Source: Myxococcota bacterium (GTDB lineage: Bacteria > Myxococcota_A > Bradymonadia > UBA4248). From it: 64,000 bases of DNA. The position numbers and the translations under genes were made by a program. The notes under the pieces were generated by a model. It had not been told where the DNA came from, ran no database searches, and saw only the letters and a program-made list of their open reading frames with translations. This document shows, piece after piece, positions 38,725 through 49,603 of the stretch. Numbering within the stretch: the stretch's first letter is position 1; each line of letters opens with the position of its first letter. The stretch spans positions 6,351-70,350 of the forward strand of contig JAZRVP010000042.1 of assembly GCA_045599245.1 (NCBI GenBank), given 5' to 3'.

Positions 38725-41700
38725 TCAGTTGACGGTTGTGCAGTTTAAAGAATAGCTGGCATCGTTGTTATCGAGTCGGCATTCCGTGGGTGCGGTTTCA
38801 TCGAACGTGAGTTTGAGATAGATGATTTCCGAGGCGACAGCGTCGAGAGGAACCTTGAATTGAAGGGCCTCGTATTCGGTTGCCTTGAGAAGACGGGTTG
38901 TTTTGACGGTACCGATATCGATGTAATCACCGGTTTCTTCGGCAGAAGCCCAGACGTGAACCGTGATGCCGGGATCGGCGGCAGCCCAACCGACATTTGT
39001 GACGTTAAAGTAAATCGGAGTTTCGGGAGTGCATTTACGAGGCGAAGTGATATCTTTGATTTCGAGATCGGGTAGATAGGTTGCGCCTGGTTGGACGTTA
39101 AGACGGAAGTTGTTGAGATTTTTAACTTTCCAGTTGTTTCGCATTTTGACGGGAATCGTGCCGTCGTCGGAAACATTAGTGATGCTATAGGCGTGTTGAT
39201 TATAGATTTTGCGGGTATTGACCCAGTCTTTGTCCGGACTTGAGAAAGCGCGAAGTCCGGAAAGAGAATTTTTGAGGACGCCTTGTGCGATAAGAGGTCT
39301 TGTGCAGTCATCAATGCCGTGATTTTCGTCGAGGTCACTGCAGTCGTAAGGTGTTGCGCCGACGAGAACTTCGGCGTGATTGTCGTTATTGATGTCGGCG
39401 ATGACGGGATATTCGTAGTGAGTGCCGTTTGTGTTGTATTCACAGAAGCGGACGTCGCCTTTTTCACCGTCATAAACGCGGAAGAAACATTCATCGGCAT
39501 AGACGACTTCGGCTTTTCCGTCGCCGTCGAAATCGAAGACGGAGGAACCGGTTCGTGCAGAAGAGAAGTCATGAGTTTTCTGCTGCCACTTGATGGTTCC
39601 GTCGTGATTGAATGCGATATAGGCGTCTTTTCCGGCAAAAGTGATTTCGGGTTCAGGAGTGCTGTCGATATTGGCGATGGTCGGGGTTCCGCCGGAATAA
39701 GCGGTATGAGAAACGGGGGCCGGCCAGTAGTTTGTATAGTCTTTTCGATAAGCCATGAGTGTATTGGCACTTGGTCTGACGACGACGATTTCGGGGTCGC
39801 CATCGAGGTCGAGATCGCCGACGGCGGGGTATCCATCACCATGAGGGTTTTCAAATAATTTAGTGATGGTTTTATTTTTTACATCGACTTTATAAGCGGC
39901 ACTTCCGCCGATGAGTTCAGGGAGTCCGTCGCCGTCGATATCGGCGGCTGTTGAATAGTCACAAGCCTGGTGCCAGTACGCACTATCTCCGCATGGAATG
40001 CGGGCGATCATTTCACCGGTTTGACCGTTATAGATGTTGTAACGGCTGAAGATTTCTGGGTTTCCGTCGCCATCGAAGTCGACGATGCTTGGTCCGGACT
40101 GACCGCATTCGGTGAAGTTCCCGGCATTGCTGACCCAGATTTGTTCGGCTTTGTTGTTATAGAGAGCGATTTTAAGACCTGCGGCATTTTCAACACCGCA
40201 ATTTCCGATCGTGCAGACGCAAGTGACGATTTCGAGGCCCGGGTGAGCGTCGTCTTTGATGATATCGCCGATGGCTGTCATGCCGCCGCCGTCAGTTCGT
40301 GGATTGCCATTGCTGCTGTATTTTGTTTTACCGGTTTTACCGTCGACGATGCGGAGAATTCCGCCGCCGACGTATGCGCCGCTCCAGGAGTTGAAGACGA
40401 CTTCTGGCTGCCCGTCGAGGTCGACATCGGCGACCATGGTAGCCGACATGACCTTGATATCACTGGGGAAAGTTTCGGGGGCGAGATCTCCGACGCCCCA
40501 GTGCCATAGGACAGTTGGAACGACTTTGCCGCCGGTTGGTTTTGCTTCACAGACTTTACCCGGAGGTTCAGGGAGGCACTTTTTCTGTGTCGATTCGCAG
40601 TATTCACCGTCATCGCACTGATAGTCGTCGACGCAGGAGACTTTGGGAAGGAAGCAGCGATAGGAAGTACAGATTTCGCCTTCCTGGCAACAGACTTCGG
40701 TGCCGTCTTCGGCGGCGCAGCGTTCGATATTATCAGCGCAGGCGATGTGGCATTTTTCGTTGTCGCAGACCTGGTCTTCGGTGCAGCAGTCGTTTCCGCA
40801 GGCTACATTCTCAGTGCAGCAGTGTTTGCTTGTTCCGCAGAACTGTTCGGCAGTGCAGCATTCGGTGCCGCATCTGGGTTTTCCCGTGAGGCAGTATTCA
40901 CTCGGGACGCAGACGTCATCGATACATTCTTCATCGCCTTCGCATCTTGTGTCGCCACAAATTTCTTTTTCAAAGCACTGGGTCTGGTGACAATAATAGT
41001 CTTCGCCGCAGTCGATTCCGCCGCAGTCACCGGGATTTCGGCACATATCATTTGGGATGTCGCAGAGCATGTTGTCCGGACACGTCACGCCGCCGCAGTT
41101 TCCGGGTTTGAGGCATAAGTCGTAGGCGCAAATTTCGTCGTCTTCGCATTTAATTCCGGCGCAGTCACCGGCTTTTCGGCAAATATCCTGCGAACAGGTT
41201 TCGTCGTCTTCACACTTAACGCCGCCGCACTCACCCTCGTCACGGCATTCTCCGTTATGGCAAACCTGATTGTCATTGCATTGAATGCTGTCGCAATCGC
41301 CGGTTTTGGTGCATTTGTCCTGGACGCATTTTTCATTTTCGCCGCACACGATGCCGCCGCATGAGGGAACGCACTTGTCCTCATGACAGAGCTCATTGGC
41401 CTGGCAGACTTCATTGCCGCATAAATCGACGCATTTGTCATGGTCACAGGTCTGATTGTCGGAACAAACCTCGTCACCACATTTTTCTTCGTTATCGAGG
41501 CATTTTCCGTTTTCGCAGTGCTGATCGTCGTCGCAATCGATGGAATCGCAAGACTGTTTTTTCTTGGTGCAAATATTGTCTTTACATACTGCGTTTGCCG
41601 GGCATTCGTCGTCGGCTTTGCACTTGTCGCCGATTTTTGAAGAATTTGATGTGTTGAACGTCGAGCTGTCGTCGCCGCAGGCGAGTAGTGCGCAGGAAGA

Positions 41701-41748
41701 AGTCAGACAGGCGAGGAGAATTGGCAGAGAATGTTTAAAATAATGCAT
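38725..41748 (-). CDS. Cys-rich / FG-GAP(VCBS) beta-propeller surface lipoprotein, paralog 1
   Basis: ATG 41748 with GGAG RBS; lipobox LLAC; Cys-rich stalk; DxDGDGxxE repeats; CARDB-like C-terminus ending LNCTTVN. Confidence 0.85.
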   Translation of the reverse strand: MHYFKHSLPILLACLTSSCALLACGDDSSTFNTSNSSKIGDKCKADDECPANAVCKDNICTKKKQSCDSIDCDDDQHCENGKCLDNEEKCGDEVCSDNQTCDHDKCVDLCGNEVCQANELCHEDKCVPSCGGIVCGENEKCVQDKCTKTGDCDSIQCNDNQVCHNGECRDEGECGGVKCEDDETCSQDICRKAGDCAGIKCEDDEICAYDLCLKPGNCGGVTCPDNMLCDIPNDMCRNPGDCGGIDCGEDYYCHQTQCFEKEICGDTRCEGDEECIDDVCVPSEYCLTGKPRCGTECCTAEQFCGTSKHCCTENVACGNDCCTEDQVCDNEKCHIACADNIERCAAEDGTEVCCQEGEICTSYRCFLPKVSCVDDYQCDDGEYCESTQKKCLPEPPGKVCEAKPTGGKVVPTVLWHWGVGDLAPETFPSDIKVMSATMVADVDLDGQPEVVFNSWSGAYVGGGILRIVDGKTGKTKYSSNGNPRTDGGGMTAIGDIIKDDAHPGLEIVTCVCTIGNCGVENAAGLKIALYNNKAEQIWVSNAGNFTECGQSGPSIVDFDGDGNPEIFSRYNIYNGQTGEMIARIPCGDSAYWHQACDYSTAADIDGDGLPELIGGSAAYKVDVKNKTITKLFENPHGDGYPAVGDLDLDGDPEIVVVRPSANTLMAYRKDYTNYWPAPVSHTAYSGGTPTIANIDSTPEPEITFAGKDAYIAFNHDGTIKWQQKTHDFSSARTGSSVFDFDGDGKAEVVYADECFFRVYDGEKGDVRFCEYNTNGTHYEYPVIADINNDNHAEVLVGATPYDCSDLDENHGIDDCTRPLIAQGVLKNSLSGLRAFSSPDKDWVNTRKIYNQHAYSITNVSDDGTIPVKMRNNWKVKNLNNFRLNVQPGATYLPDLEIKDITSPRKCTPETPIYFNVTNVGWAAADPGITVHVWASAEETGDYIDIGTVKTTRLLKATEYEALQFKVPLDAVASEIIYLKLTFDETAPTECRLDNNDASYSLNCTTVN

Positions 41749-41850
41749 ATTTTGACTCCAAAAATAGAAAAAACCAAAAGCCAATAAATCAAGATATCGA
41801 CATTAAAAGACGAACGCAAATTGGAAGTGATATTTTGACAGTAATAGATG

Positions 41851-41942
41851 GGCATGGCGGTAAAAACTCGCCATGCCAAGCCGCGCTATGAGGCATACGC
41901 GCGGCTCGTCCGGCTATTGCCTGTTGGCAATACGCCGGCCGG
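41851..41942. repeat. Three-hairpin composite including two bulged hairpins
   Basis: GGCATGGC..GCCATGCC; GCCGCGC-TATG-AGG-CATA-C-GCGCGGC; CCGGC-TATTGCC..GGCAATA-C-GCCGG. The same composite occurs at 49048-49139. Confidence 0.8.
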
Positions 41943-41976
41943 ACATTTGTTTGAACGTTCAAAAGTGGAACGCAAA

Positions 41977-44900
41977 TCAGTTGACGGTTGTGCAGTTGAG
42001 CATATAGGAGGCGTCGTCGTTATCGGAGCGGCATTCCGTTGGTGCAGTGTCGTCAAAGGTGAGCTTAAGGTAGATGATTTCCGAGGCAACCGCATCGATT
42101 GGAACCATGAAATTTAAAGGTTCATATTCGGTGGGTCTGATTCGACCTGAAGTTTTTACTGTACCGAGGTCGACGTATTCGCCGTCCTGAGTGGCAGAAG
42201 CCCAGATGTGAACTGTGATACCGGGTTCAGCGGCGGCCCAGCCGACGTTAGTGACGTTAAAGTAGATTGGCGTGAGGGCCTGGCAGGTTCTCGGTGAGGT
42301 GATGTCCTGAATGGAAAGATCAGGCAGATAGGTAGCACCGGGCTGGACGTTGAGACGGAAATTGTTCAGGTTTTTGACGGACCAGTTGTTTCTCGGTTTT
42401 GTAGGAAGGGAGCCGTTGTCGGAGACATTGGTGACGTTATAGGCGTGCTGGTTGTAAATCTTACGGGTGTTGACCCAGTCTTTTGTGGGACTGGCGAAGG
42501 CACGAACGCCCTGAACGCCCTTTGTCGCATTGCCGCCTTGAGCGATAATGGCATCGACGCATTCATCTTTACCGTATTCGGACGTAAGTTGAATGTTGCA
42601 TGAACTAATACCGCAAGAAGTATTGGCAGAAATGAGAATTTCAGCATGTCCGTCGGCGTTGACGTCGGCGATAACGGGGTATTCGTAATGCGTGCAGGTT
42701 GTGTTGCACTGACAAAATCTCGTTTTGCTCGTGATGCCGTCGTAAACGCGCAGGAAATATTCATCGGCATAGACGATTTCAGCTTTTCCATCGCCATCGA
42801 AGTCGAAGACGGAAGAGCCCGTTCGACCTGAAGAGGTATCGTGAGAACCGCGAGCCCAGATTTCTTTACCGGTATAGTCGAGGACGACATTTCCTTTTAC
42901 GCCGGCGAAAGCGATTTCAGGTTCCGGGGTATCATTGACGTTGGCGATGGTTGGTGTTCCGCCGCCGCCGATGGAATAAACGACGGGATTTGGCCAGAAA
43001 TTGGAACCGGTCTGAGCATCGAAAACCATGAGAGAGGCATTTCGATTTCGGACGACGACGAGTTCGGGTTTGTTTTCGGGATCGAGATCGATGTTTGCGA
43101 CGGCCGGATAGCCGTCGATGTGATCGGTTCGTTTCCAGAGTGGGGACATGGATTTGTTATCGATATCGACCTGATAAACGACGTTTCCGCCGACGAGTTC
43201 AAGTTTTTCGTCATTATTGACGTCGAGGGCGACACTGTAATCACATGGAATATGTGTGTGTGAACCATCTTCGCATGCATCGCGGACAATGACATCGCCA
43301 GTGCGGCCGTCATGAATGGTATAACGGCCATAGACTTCAGCTTTTCCATCGCCGTTAAAGTCGGCAATTCCGGGGCCGCTTTGTCCGCATTCAAAGAATG
43401 GATGCTCCGAATGATGCCACATAACCTGGAGTTGATTCTGTGTTCCGGCGGCGGGGTCGCCGGGAATGAATTTATAGGCGACCAGACGGTAATCTGCGGC
43501 ACAGGTTACGATTTCAAGATAGGGATCGTCGTCGAGATTGCCGACGGCAACCATGCTTCCGCCATCCGTCATTGGGTTTCCATTGCTTGTGGCTAGCAAT
43601 TCACCGGTCTGGCCATTCAGGATGCGCAGATAAGCATGACCTTCCCAGTTGTTTCCTGTTTCATAGGAATTGAACGCGACCTCGGGAATCGTGTCATTGT
43701 TGATATCGGCGACCATGGGGGAACTCATGACTTGAGCGTGGTTTGGATAGGGATTGGGTGCGGTTTCACCCCAGTACCAGAGCAGTGTTGGCTGGACTGC
43801 GCCGCCGGAAGGTTTGGCTTCACAGACGGGGGTAGTTGGCTGCGGGAGACAAATTTTTTCGGTCGATTCACAGTATTCGTCGTTTTCGCACTGGTAATCG
43901 TCGACGCAGGATGTTTTGGGAAGGAAACATCGATAAGAAGTACAGATTTCTCCTGCCTGACAGCAGCTTTCGGTGCCGTCTTCAGCGGCACAGCGTTCGA
44001 TGTTTTCACCGCAGGCGATATGGCATTTTTCCTTGTCACAGACCTGTCCCTCGACACAGCAGTCGTTTCCGCAGGCATTGTCTTCATTGCAGCAGTGGCT
44101 GCTTGTTCCACAGAACTGATCTGTGGTGCAGCAGTCCGTACCGCATCTTGGTTTTCCCGTCAGGCAGTATTCACTTGGGACGCAGACGTCATCGATACAT
44201 TCTTCATCGCCTTCGCACCTCGTGTCGCCGCAAATTTCTTTTTCAAAGCACTGGGTCTGGTGACAATAGTAGTCTTCACCGCAGTCAATGCCGCCGCAGT
44301 CGCCGGGATTTCTGCAGATATCGTTTGGGATGTCGCAGAGCATATTGTCCGGACACGTCACGCCGCCGCAGTTACCGGGCTGGAGGCATAAGTTGTATGC
44401 ACAAATTTCATCTTGTTCGCATTTTAGGCCGGCGCAGTCACCGGCTTTTCGGCAAATATCCTGTGAACAGGTTTCGTCGTCATCGCACTTTGCGCCGCCG
44501 CAGTCTCCCGGTTCACGGCATTCGCCTTTGTGGCAGACCTGATTGGATGAACAAGTTTTGTTTGCGCAGGTTTCAGAAGCATGGCATTTATCACCTGTAC
44601 ATGGCTTGTCACATTCATCGCCTTCACACGAGGGGATGCAGTGGTCATTCTGACAAATTTCATCATCCGGGCAGACTTCATTGCCGCATAAATCGACACA
44701 TTTGCCATTCTGGCAGGTCTGATTATCCGCACATTTTTCATCACCGCATTTGACATCGTTATCGACGCATTTTCCGTTTTCGCAGTGCTGCCCGTCGTCG
44801 CAATCGAGGTAATCGCATGATCGATTTTTCTTGGTGCAAACATTGTCTTTACACACTGCGTTTGCCGGACATTCGTCGTCGGCTTTGCACTTGTCGCCGA

Positions 44901-45009
44901 TTTTTAAGGATTTTGATGTGTTGAACGTCGAGCTGTCATCGCTGCAGGCAAACTGTGTGCAACAAGCGGCAAGACAGAACATGAGAATAGAATGTTTGAA
45001 AAGTTTCAT
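41977..45009 (-). CDS. Cys-rich / FG-GAP surface lipoprotein, paralog 2
   Basis: ATG 45009 with GGAG RBS; lipobox QFAC; same architecture and C-terminal LNCTTVN. Confidence 0.85.
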   Translation of the reverse strand: MKLFKHSILMFCLAACCTQFACSDDSSTFNTSKSLKIGDKCKADDECPANAVCKDNVCTKKNRSCDYLDCDDGQHCENGKCVDNDVKCGDEKCADNQTCQNGKCVDLCGNEVCPDDEICQNDHCIPSCEGDECDKPCTGDKCHASETCANKTCSSNQVCHKGECREPGDCGGAKCDDDETCSQDICRKAGDCAGLKCEQDEICAYNLCLQPGNCGGVTCPDNMLCDIPNDICRNPGDCGGIDCGEDYYCHQTQCFEKEICGDTRCEGDEECIDDVCVPSEYCLTGKPRCGTDCCTTDQFCGTSSHCCNEDNACGNDCCVEGQVCDKEKCHIACGENIERCAAEDGTESCCQAGEICTSYRCFLPKTSCVDDYQCENDEYCESTEKICLPQPTTPVCEAKPSGGAVQPTLLWYWGETAPNPYPNHAQVMSSPMVADINNDTIPEVAFNSYETGNNWEGHAYLRILNGQTGELLATSNGNPMTDGGSMVAVGNLDDDPYLEIVTCAADYRLVAYKFIPGDPAAGTQNQLQVMWHHSEHPFFECGQSGPGIADFNGDGKAEVYGRYTIHDGRTGDVIVRDACEDGSHTHIPCDYSVALDVNNDEKLELVGGNVVYQVDIDNKSMSPLWKRTDHIDGYPAVANIDLDPENKPELVVVRNRNASLMVFDAQTGSNFWPNPVVYSIGGGGTPTIANVNDTPEPEIAFAGVKGNVVLDYTGKEIWARGSHDTSSGRTGSSVFDFDGDGKAEIVYADEYFLRVYDGITSKTRFCQCNTTCTHYEYPVIADVNADGHAEILISANTSCGISSCNIQLTSEYGKDECVDAIIAQGGNATKGVQGVRAFASPTKDWVNTRKIYNQHAYNVTNVSDNGSLPTKPRNNWSVKNLNNFRLNVQPGATYLPDLSIQDITSPRTCQALTPIYFNVTNVGWAAAEPGITVHIWASATQDGEYVDLGTVKTSGRIRPTEYEPLNFMVPIDAVASEIIYLKLTFDDTAPTECRSDNDDASYMLNCTTVN

Positions 45010-45349
45010 AAGCAGTCTCCGAAAATTAACCAGCATTTTGCCAATGGCCTTAAATATCGACATTTGCATTAAATCGCAAATTTGAATTGCTTATATGTAT
45101 AAAAAAGTTCAGCTCAGCTGAGCTCGCGCGCCTGCGGCGCGCGAGCAAAAAAGAGGGAGATGCAGCGTGAACCGAGCCCATCTTGCCTGCGGCTTCGACG
45201 GACCCGTTTATTCAAAACGGCAGCTCCAGCCGCATTGCAAATCCATGTTTATCGCTAAAGAATGTAAAGTTGGATTGCGCTTTGAATGTTTTTGCGTTCA
45301 TGCGCGGACAAATTGCAAATACTCTCGTCTTAATAGTAACAAAAAAAGT

Positions 45350-45612
45350 TACTATTAAGACGGGGCTCTGCCCCGAACCCCGCTGGGGCTTTGCCCTTTC
45401 CTCGGTTCGCAATATGAAATCCGCTTCACCTCTTACGCCTGGCGGCGCTCCGGTTCGTGCATTTTCATTTGCTCACTGGGCTCTGCGATGCCAGCCGTCC
45501 ACCGGACGCCTGCCTTCTCGGCACCCCCCCGGCTCTCATCATTTTCTGCCTTATCATTGCGAAATATTCTGATCATATTTCAGAAGATTTGTGAATTACT
45601 CCCTGCCTGAGT
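45350..45612. mobile_element. MITE-family repeat copy
   Basis: Contains reverse complements of parts of 2907-3226 and of 10110-10150. Confidence 0.6.
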
Positions 45613-45881
45613 TGTAACCAAAAAAAGTCTGGGCGATGCCGGCCATGCTGTTTTTGTTCGGAAATAATAAGCCATTTGTATCACGAACAGTGGAACTGAG
45701 CTGAAGTTGTCAAATAATAATTAAGCCGGTTGGTACAAGTATTCAGATTTTTGGGAGAAAAGTCCGGGAGAGATTTTTGGGGCGTTGCGGGGTGTCCCCG
45801 CAAAGGGGGTAGGCGCGTATTTGCTATGCAAATAGCGCCGCAGGGGGCTTTGCCCCCTCATAAAAAATACATTGATAAAAT

Positions 45882-48800
45882 TTAGTTGACGGTTGTGCAG
45901 TTAAGTGAATAGGCGGCATCGTTGTTGTCGATACGGCATTCTGCAGGGGCTGTGTTATCAAATGTGAGCTTGAGAAAGATGATTTCGGAGGCGACGGCAT
46001 CGATGGGAACCTGAAATTCCAAAGCCTCATATTCCGTTGGCTTGATGCTGTTCTTTGTTTTTATCGTTCCAATTTCCGAAAACTCGCCGTTTTCAGCATC
46101 CGAGGCCCAGATGTGAATCGTGATGTCTTTGGGTGCGGCGGCCCAGCCGACGTTGTAAATATTGAAATAAATCGGGGTCTTTTCGGCGCATTTTCTCGGG
46201 GAGGAAATGTCTTTGATTTCGAGATCGGGCAGATAGGTGGCGCCGGGCTGGACGTTGAGGCGGAAGTTGTTGAGGGCTTTGATGGACCAGTTATTTCGGA
46301 CTTTCATCGGAATCGTGCCGTCATCAGAGACGTTTGTGATGCTGTATGCGTGCTGATTGTAAATTTTACGCGTATTGACCCAGTCATTGTTTGGGCTGGC
46401 AAAGGCGCGAATTCCGGTGACCTGCGTGTTGATAACACCGGCTTCGATAAGGGGTCTTGTGCAGTCGTCAACGCCGTACTTTTCTTGAGGATTTGTGTCT
46501 TTGGCGAGATCTTTACAGCTGTATTGTTCGGACAAATAAGTTGCACTGAGGAGGATTTCTGCGTGATTGTCGTTATTGATGTCGGCAATGACGGGATATT
46601 CGTAATGCGTTCCATTGGTGTTGTAGGCGCAGAAACGAGTTGAACCATCCGCACCGTTGTACACTCGCAGAAAGCATTCATCGGCATAAATGACTTCGGC
46701 TTTTCCGTCGCCGTCGAAATCGAAGACAGACGAACCTGTTTTAGCCGAGGTGAAATCATGGGTATCATTCTGCCATTTGAGTTTTCCATCATGTGTTAAA
46801 GCAATATAACCATATTTTCCGGCGAAAGTAATTTCAGGTTCTTTTGAATCGTCAATATTAGCAATGGTTGGAGTTCCTCCGACCGTAGCTGTATGAACAA
46901 CTGGTTTATCCCAATAATTTGTATAATCGTGATGATAAGCCATAACAGAATTGTTGTAATTACGAACGACGACGATTTCAGGATCACCATCGAGGTCGAG
47001 ATCGCCAATGGCGGGATATCCGTCACCGTCTGAGTTTTCATATAATTTGGTGATTGTTTTATTTTTAATATCGACTTTATAAGCGGCGTTTCCGCCGATG
47101 AGTTCCGGGAGGCCGTCGCCGTCGATATCGGCGGCTGTCGAATAGTCGCATGCCTGGTGCCAGTACGCACTATCTCCGCATGGAATGCGGGCGATCATTT
47201 CACCGGTTTGACCGTTGTAGATGTTGTAACGGCTGAAAATTTCGGGATTACCGTCGCCATCGAAGTCGATGATGCTTGGGCCGGATTGTCCGCATTCATT
47301 GAAGGTTCCAAAGGCGGATGTGTTGCTTTTCCAGATGAGTTCGGCTTTGTTGTTGAAGAGTGCGATTTTTAGGCCTTTTTCTTTGGCACAGTCTTTTGCA
47401 TCGCAGATGCATGTGACGATTTCGAGTCCGGGGTTGTCTTTGATAATTTCCCCGAGGGCTGTCATGCTTCCGGTATCTGTTCTTGGTGTGCCGCTGCTGC
47501 TATATTTAAGAGTACCCGTTTTTCCATCAAGAATTCTGAGAATGCCGCCGCCGACATAAGAATAAGTAAGTCCTTCGGGACCGCCCATACCGGAATAGTT
47601 GTCACCGGCATGATAAGAATTGAAAACGACTTCAGGAGAACCATCATTATCCAGGTCAGCAACCATAGGTGCCTGAATGGCATTCGTGTATTCAGGGAAA
47701 GTGTCGGGAATGAGATCACCGACGCCCCAGTGCCAGATTTCGGTTGGTTCGACTTTTCCGCCGGTTGGTGTGGCCTGACAGGAATCGCCGGAAGGCTTGG
47801 GAAGGCATTTGTTTAAGGTCGATTCGCAATATTCATTTTCTTCACACTGATAGTCGTCGACGCAAGATGTTTTGGGGGCAAAGCATTGATAGGAAGTGCA
47901 GATTTCACCTTCATTGCAACAGATTTCGATGCCGTCTTTGTTAGCGCAACGTTCGATGTTTTCGTCGCATTTGATATGGCATTTTTCATTGCTGCAGACT
48001 TGATTTTCATTGCAGCAGTCGTTTCCGCAGGCGTCGTTCTGGTTGCAGCATTGCGAGCTGGTGCCGCAGAATTGTTCTTCAGTGCAGCATTCGGAACCGC
48101 ATCTTGGTTTTCCCGTAAGGCAGAATTCACTCGGGACGCAGACGTCTTCGACACATTCTTCGTCGCCTTCGCACCTTGTGCTGCCGCAAATTTCTTTCTC
48201 AAAGCATTGATTAGACTTGCAATAGAAGTCATCACCGCAATCGAGACCGCCGCAGTCTCCGTGATTTCGACAAGTATCGTTGGGAATGTCGCAGATCATG
48301 GTGTCGGGGCATGTTACGCCGCCGCAGTTACCGGTTTTGAGGCACAAATCGTATTTGCAGGTTTCATCGTCTTCGCACTGTAAACCGCCGCAGTTACCGG
48401 CTTTTCTGCAAACATCCAGTGAACAGGTTTCGTCGTCTTCACATTTTATTCCGCCGCAATTTCCTTTGTCACGGCACGTGCCTTTGCGGCAGATCTGGTT
48501 GTCATTGCATTGACTTCCGCCACAGTCACTTGTTTTGACGCACAAGCCTTTATTGCACGTTTCATTTTCGCTGCAAGCCGTGCTGCCGCAAGATGGAACG
48601 CATTTGTTTTCATGGCAGATTTCATCGGTTTTGCAGACTTTGTCGCCGCACAGATCGAGGCATTTGGCATTGTCACAGGTCTGGTTTGGAGAACAGGTCT
48701 CATCCCCGCATTTGTCTTCGTTATTGATGCAGTTTCCTTCAAAGCAGTGCTGATTTTCATTGCATTGATTTCCATTACATAAGTCTTTTTTTGTGCAGAT

Positions 48801-48965
48801 TTCGCTGGAACAGGTTGCGTCTTTTGGGCAGTCGCTGTCGGCTTTGCATTTATCGCCGAGTTTGGGTGTTTTGGTGGATGAACTGTCGTCACTGCAGGCA
48901 AATGATGTGCATGAAAGTGCAATAATGGCCAGTATAAAAGAAAAGGAGCGAGTGAAAGATGTCAT
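45882..48965 (-). CDS. Cys-rich / FG-GAP surface lipoprotein, paralog 3
   Basis: ATG 48965 with AGGTG RBS; lipobox SFAC; same architecture. Confidence 0.85.
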   Translation of the reverse strand: MTSFTRSFSFILAIIALSCTSFACSDDSSSTKTPKLGDKCKADSDCPKDATCSSEICTKKDLCNGNQCNENQHCFEGNCINNEDKCGDETCSPNQTCDNAKCLDLCGDKVCKTDEICHENKCVPSCGSTACSENETCNKGLCVKTSDCGGSQCNDNQICRKGTCRDKGNCGGIKCEDDETCSLDVCRKAGNCGGLQCEDDETCKYDLCLKTGNCGGVTCPDTMICDIPNDTCRNHGDCGGLDCGDDFYCKSNQCFEKEICGSTRCEGDEECVEDVCVPSEFCLTGKPRCGSECCTEEQFCGTSSQCCNQNDACGNDCCNENQVCSNEKCHIKCDENIERCANKDGIEICCNEGEICTSYQCFAPKTSCVDDYQCEENEYCESTLNKCLPKPSGDSCQATPTGGKVEPTEIWHWGVGDLIPDTFPEYTNAIQAPMVADLDNDGSPEVVFNSYHAGDNYSGMGGPEGLTYSYVGGGILRILDGKTGTLKYSSSGTPRTDTGSMTALGEIIKDNPGLEIVTCICDAKDCAKEKGLKIALFNNKAELIWKSNTSAFGTFNECGQSGPSIIDFDGDGNPEIFSRYNIYNGQTGEMIARIPCGDSAYWHQACDYSTAADIDGDGLPELIGGNAAYKVDIKNKTITKLYENSDGDGYPAIGDLDLDGDPEIVVVRNYNNSVMAYHHDYTNYWDKPVVHTATVGGTPTIANIDDSKEPEITFAGKYGYIALTHDGKLKWQNDTHDFTSAKTGSSVFDFDGDGKAEVIYADECFLRVYNGADGSTRFCAYNTNGTHYEYPVIADINNDNHAEILLSATYLSEQYSCKDLAKDTNPQEKYGVDDCTRPLIEAGVINTQVTGIRAFASPNNDWVNTRKIYNQHAYSITNVSDDGTIPMKVRNNWSIKALNNFRLNVQPGATYLPDLEIKDISSPRKCAEKTPIYFNIYNVGWAAAPKDITIHIWASDAENGEFSEIGTIKTKNSIKPTEYEALEFQVPIDAVASEIIFLKLTFDNTAPAECRIDNNDAAYSLNCTTVN

Positions 48966-49047
48966 AAGAAGGTTCACCTGTAAAAAGAGAGCTGAAAAAA
49001 GAGAAAAAATAATAATAGAGTAAAGAAAAGGTTATGTGCGGAAATGA

Positions 49048-49139
49048 GGCATGGCAGTCAAAGCCTGCCATGCCTGGCCGCGCTATGATGCATACGCGCG
49101 GCCAGGCCGGCTATTGCCTTACCGGCAATACGCCGGCCG
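49048..49139. repeat. Three-hairpin composite including two bulged hairpins
   Basis: Homologous to 41851-41942; both lie upstream of an FG-GAP paralog. Confidence 0.8.
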
Positions 49140-49603
49140 AAATTATGCGCTTCTTATCAAGGGACTGTCCAGTGAAGAGAATGTACTATTCAGTCTGGGC
49201 TTTGCCCCGATTCCTCAGTTCGCAATATGAAATGAACATCGTTTCCCGAGCCAACCCTTCCCTTTTGTCATTACCTGACGTTCTCCCTCTTTGTCTCTAT
49301 TTGGACAAAAAAGTGCGAGAGGTTGAAGAAATAGTTCAGTTATAACAATTATAAAGGCGAATTTTTGTGTCAAAGGATGGCTGTCCGATGTGTGTAAATG
49401 TGTTGGAGGGGACATCCGAATAAGTCATATCACGAAAAAGAAAAAGCTGATGGAGTCATTGATTTATGCCGGTATTGAGATGGCAGTCTTTTCATGACAC
49501 GGTGAAAAAGGAAGATAAAGGCGTGGGGGGAGGGTAAAAAATCACTGTGGAAGAATTTTAATAAAGCAGTATTTATATGTCCTGAAAAAGAGAATCTTTT
49601 TTT

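Noticed and set aside
38725-48965. Diversity-generating retroelement acting on the paralogs
   Set aside because: No reverse transcriptase and no template/variable repeat pair with adenine-specific differences was seen.
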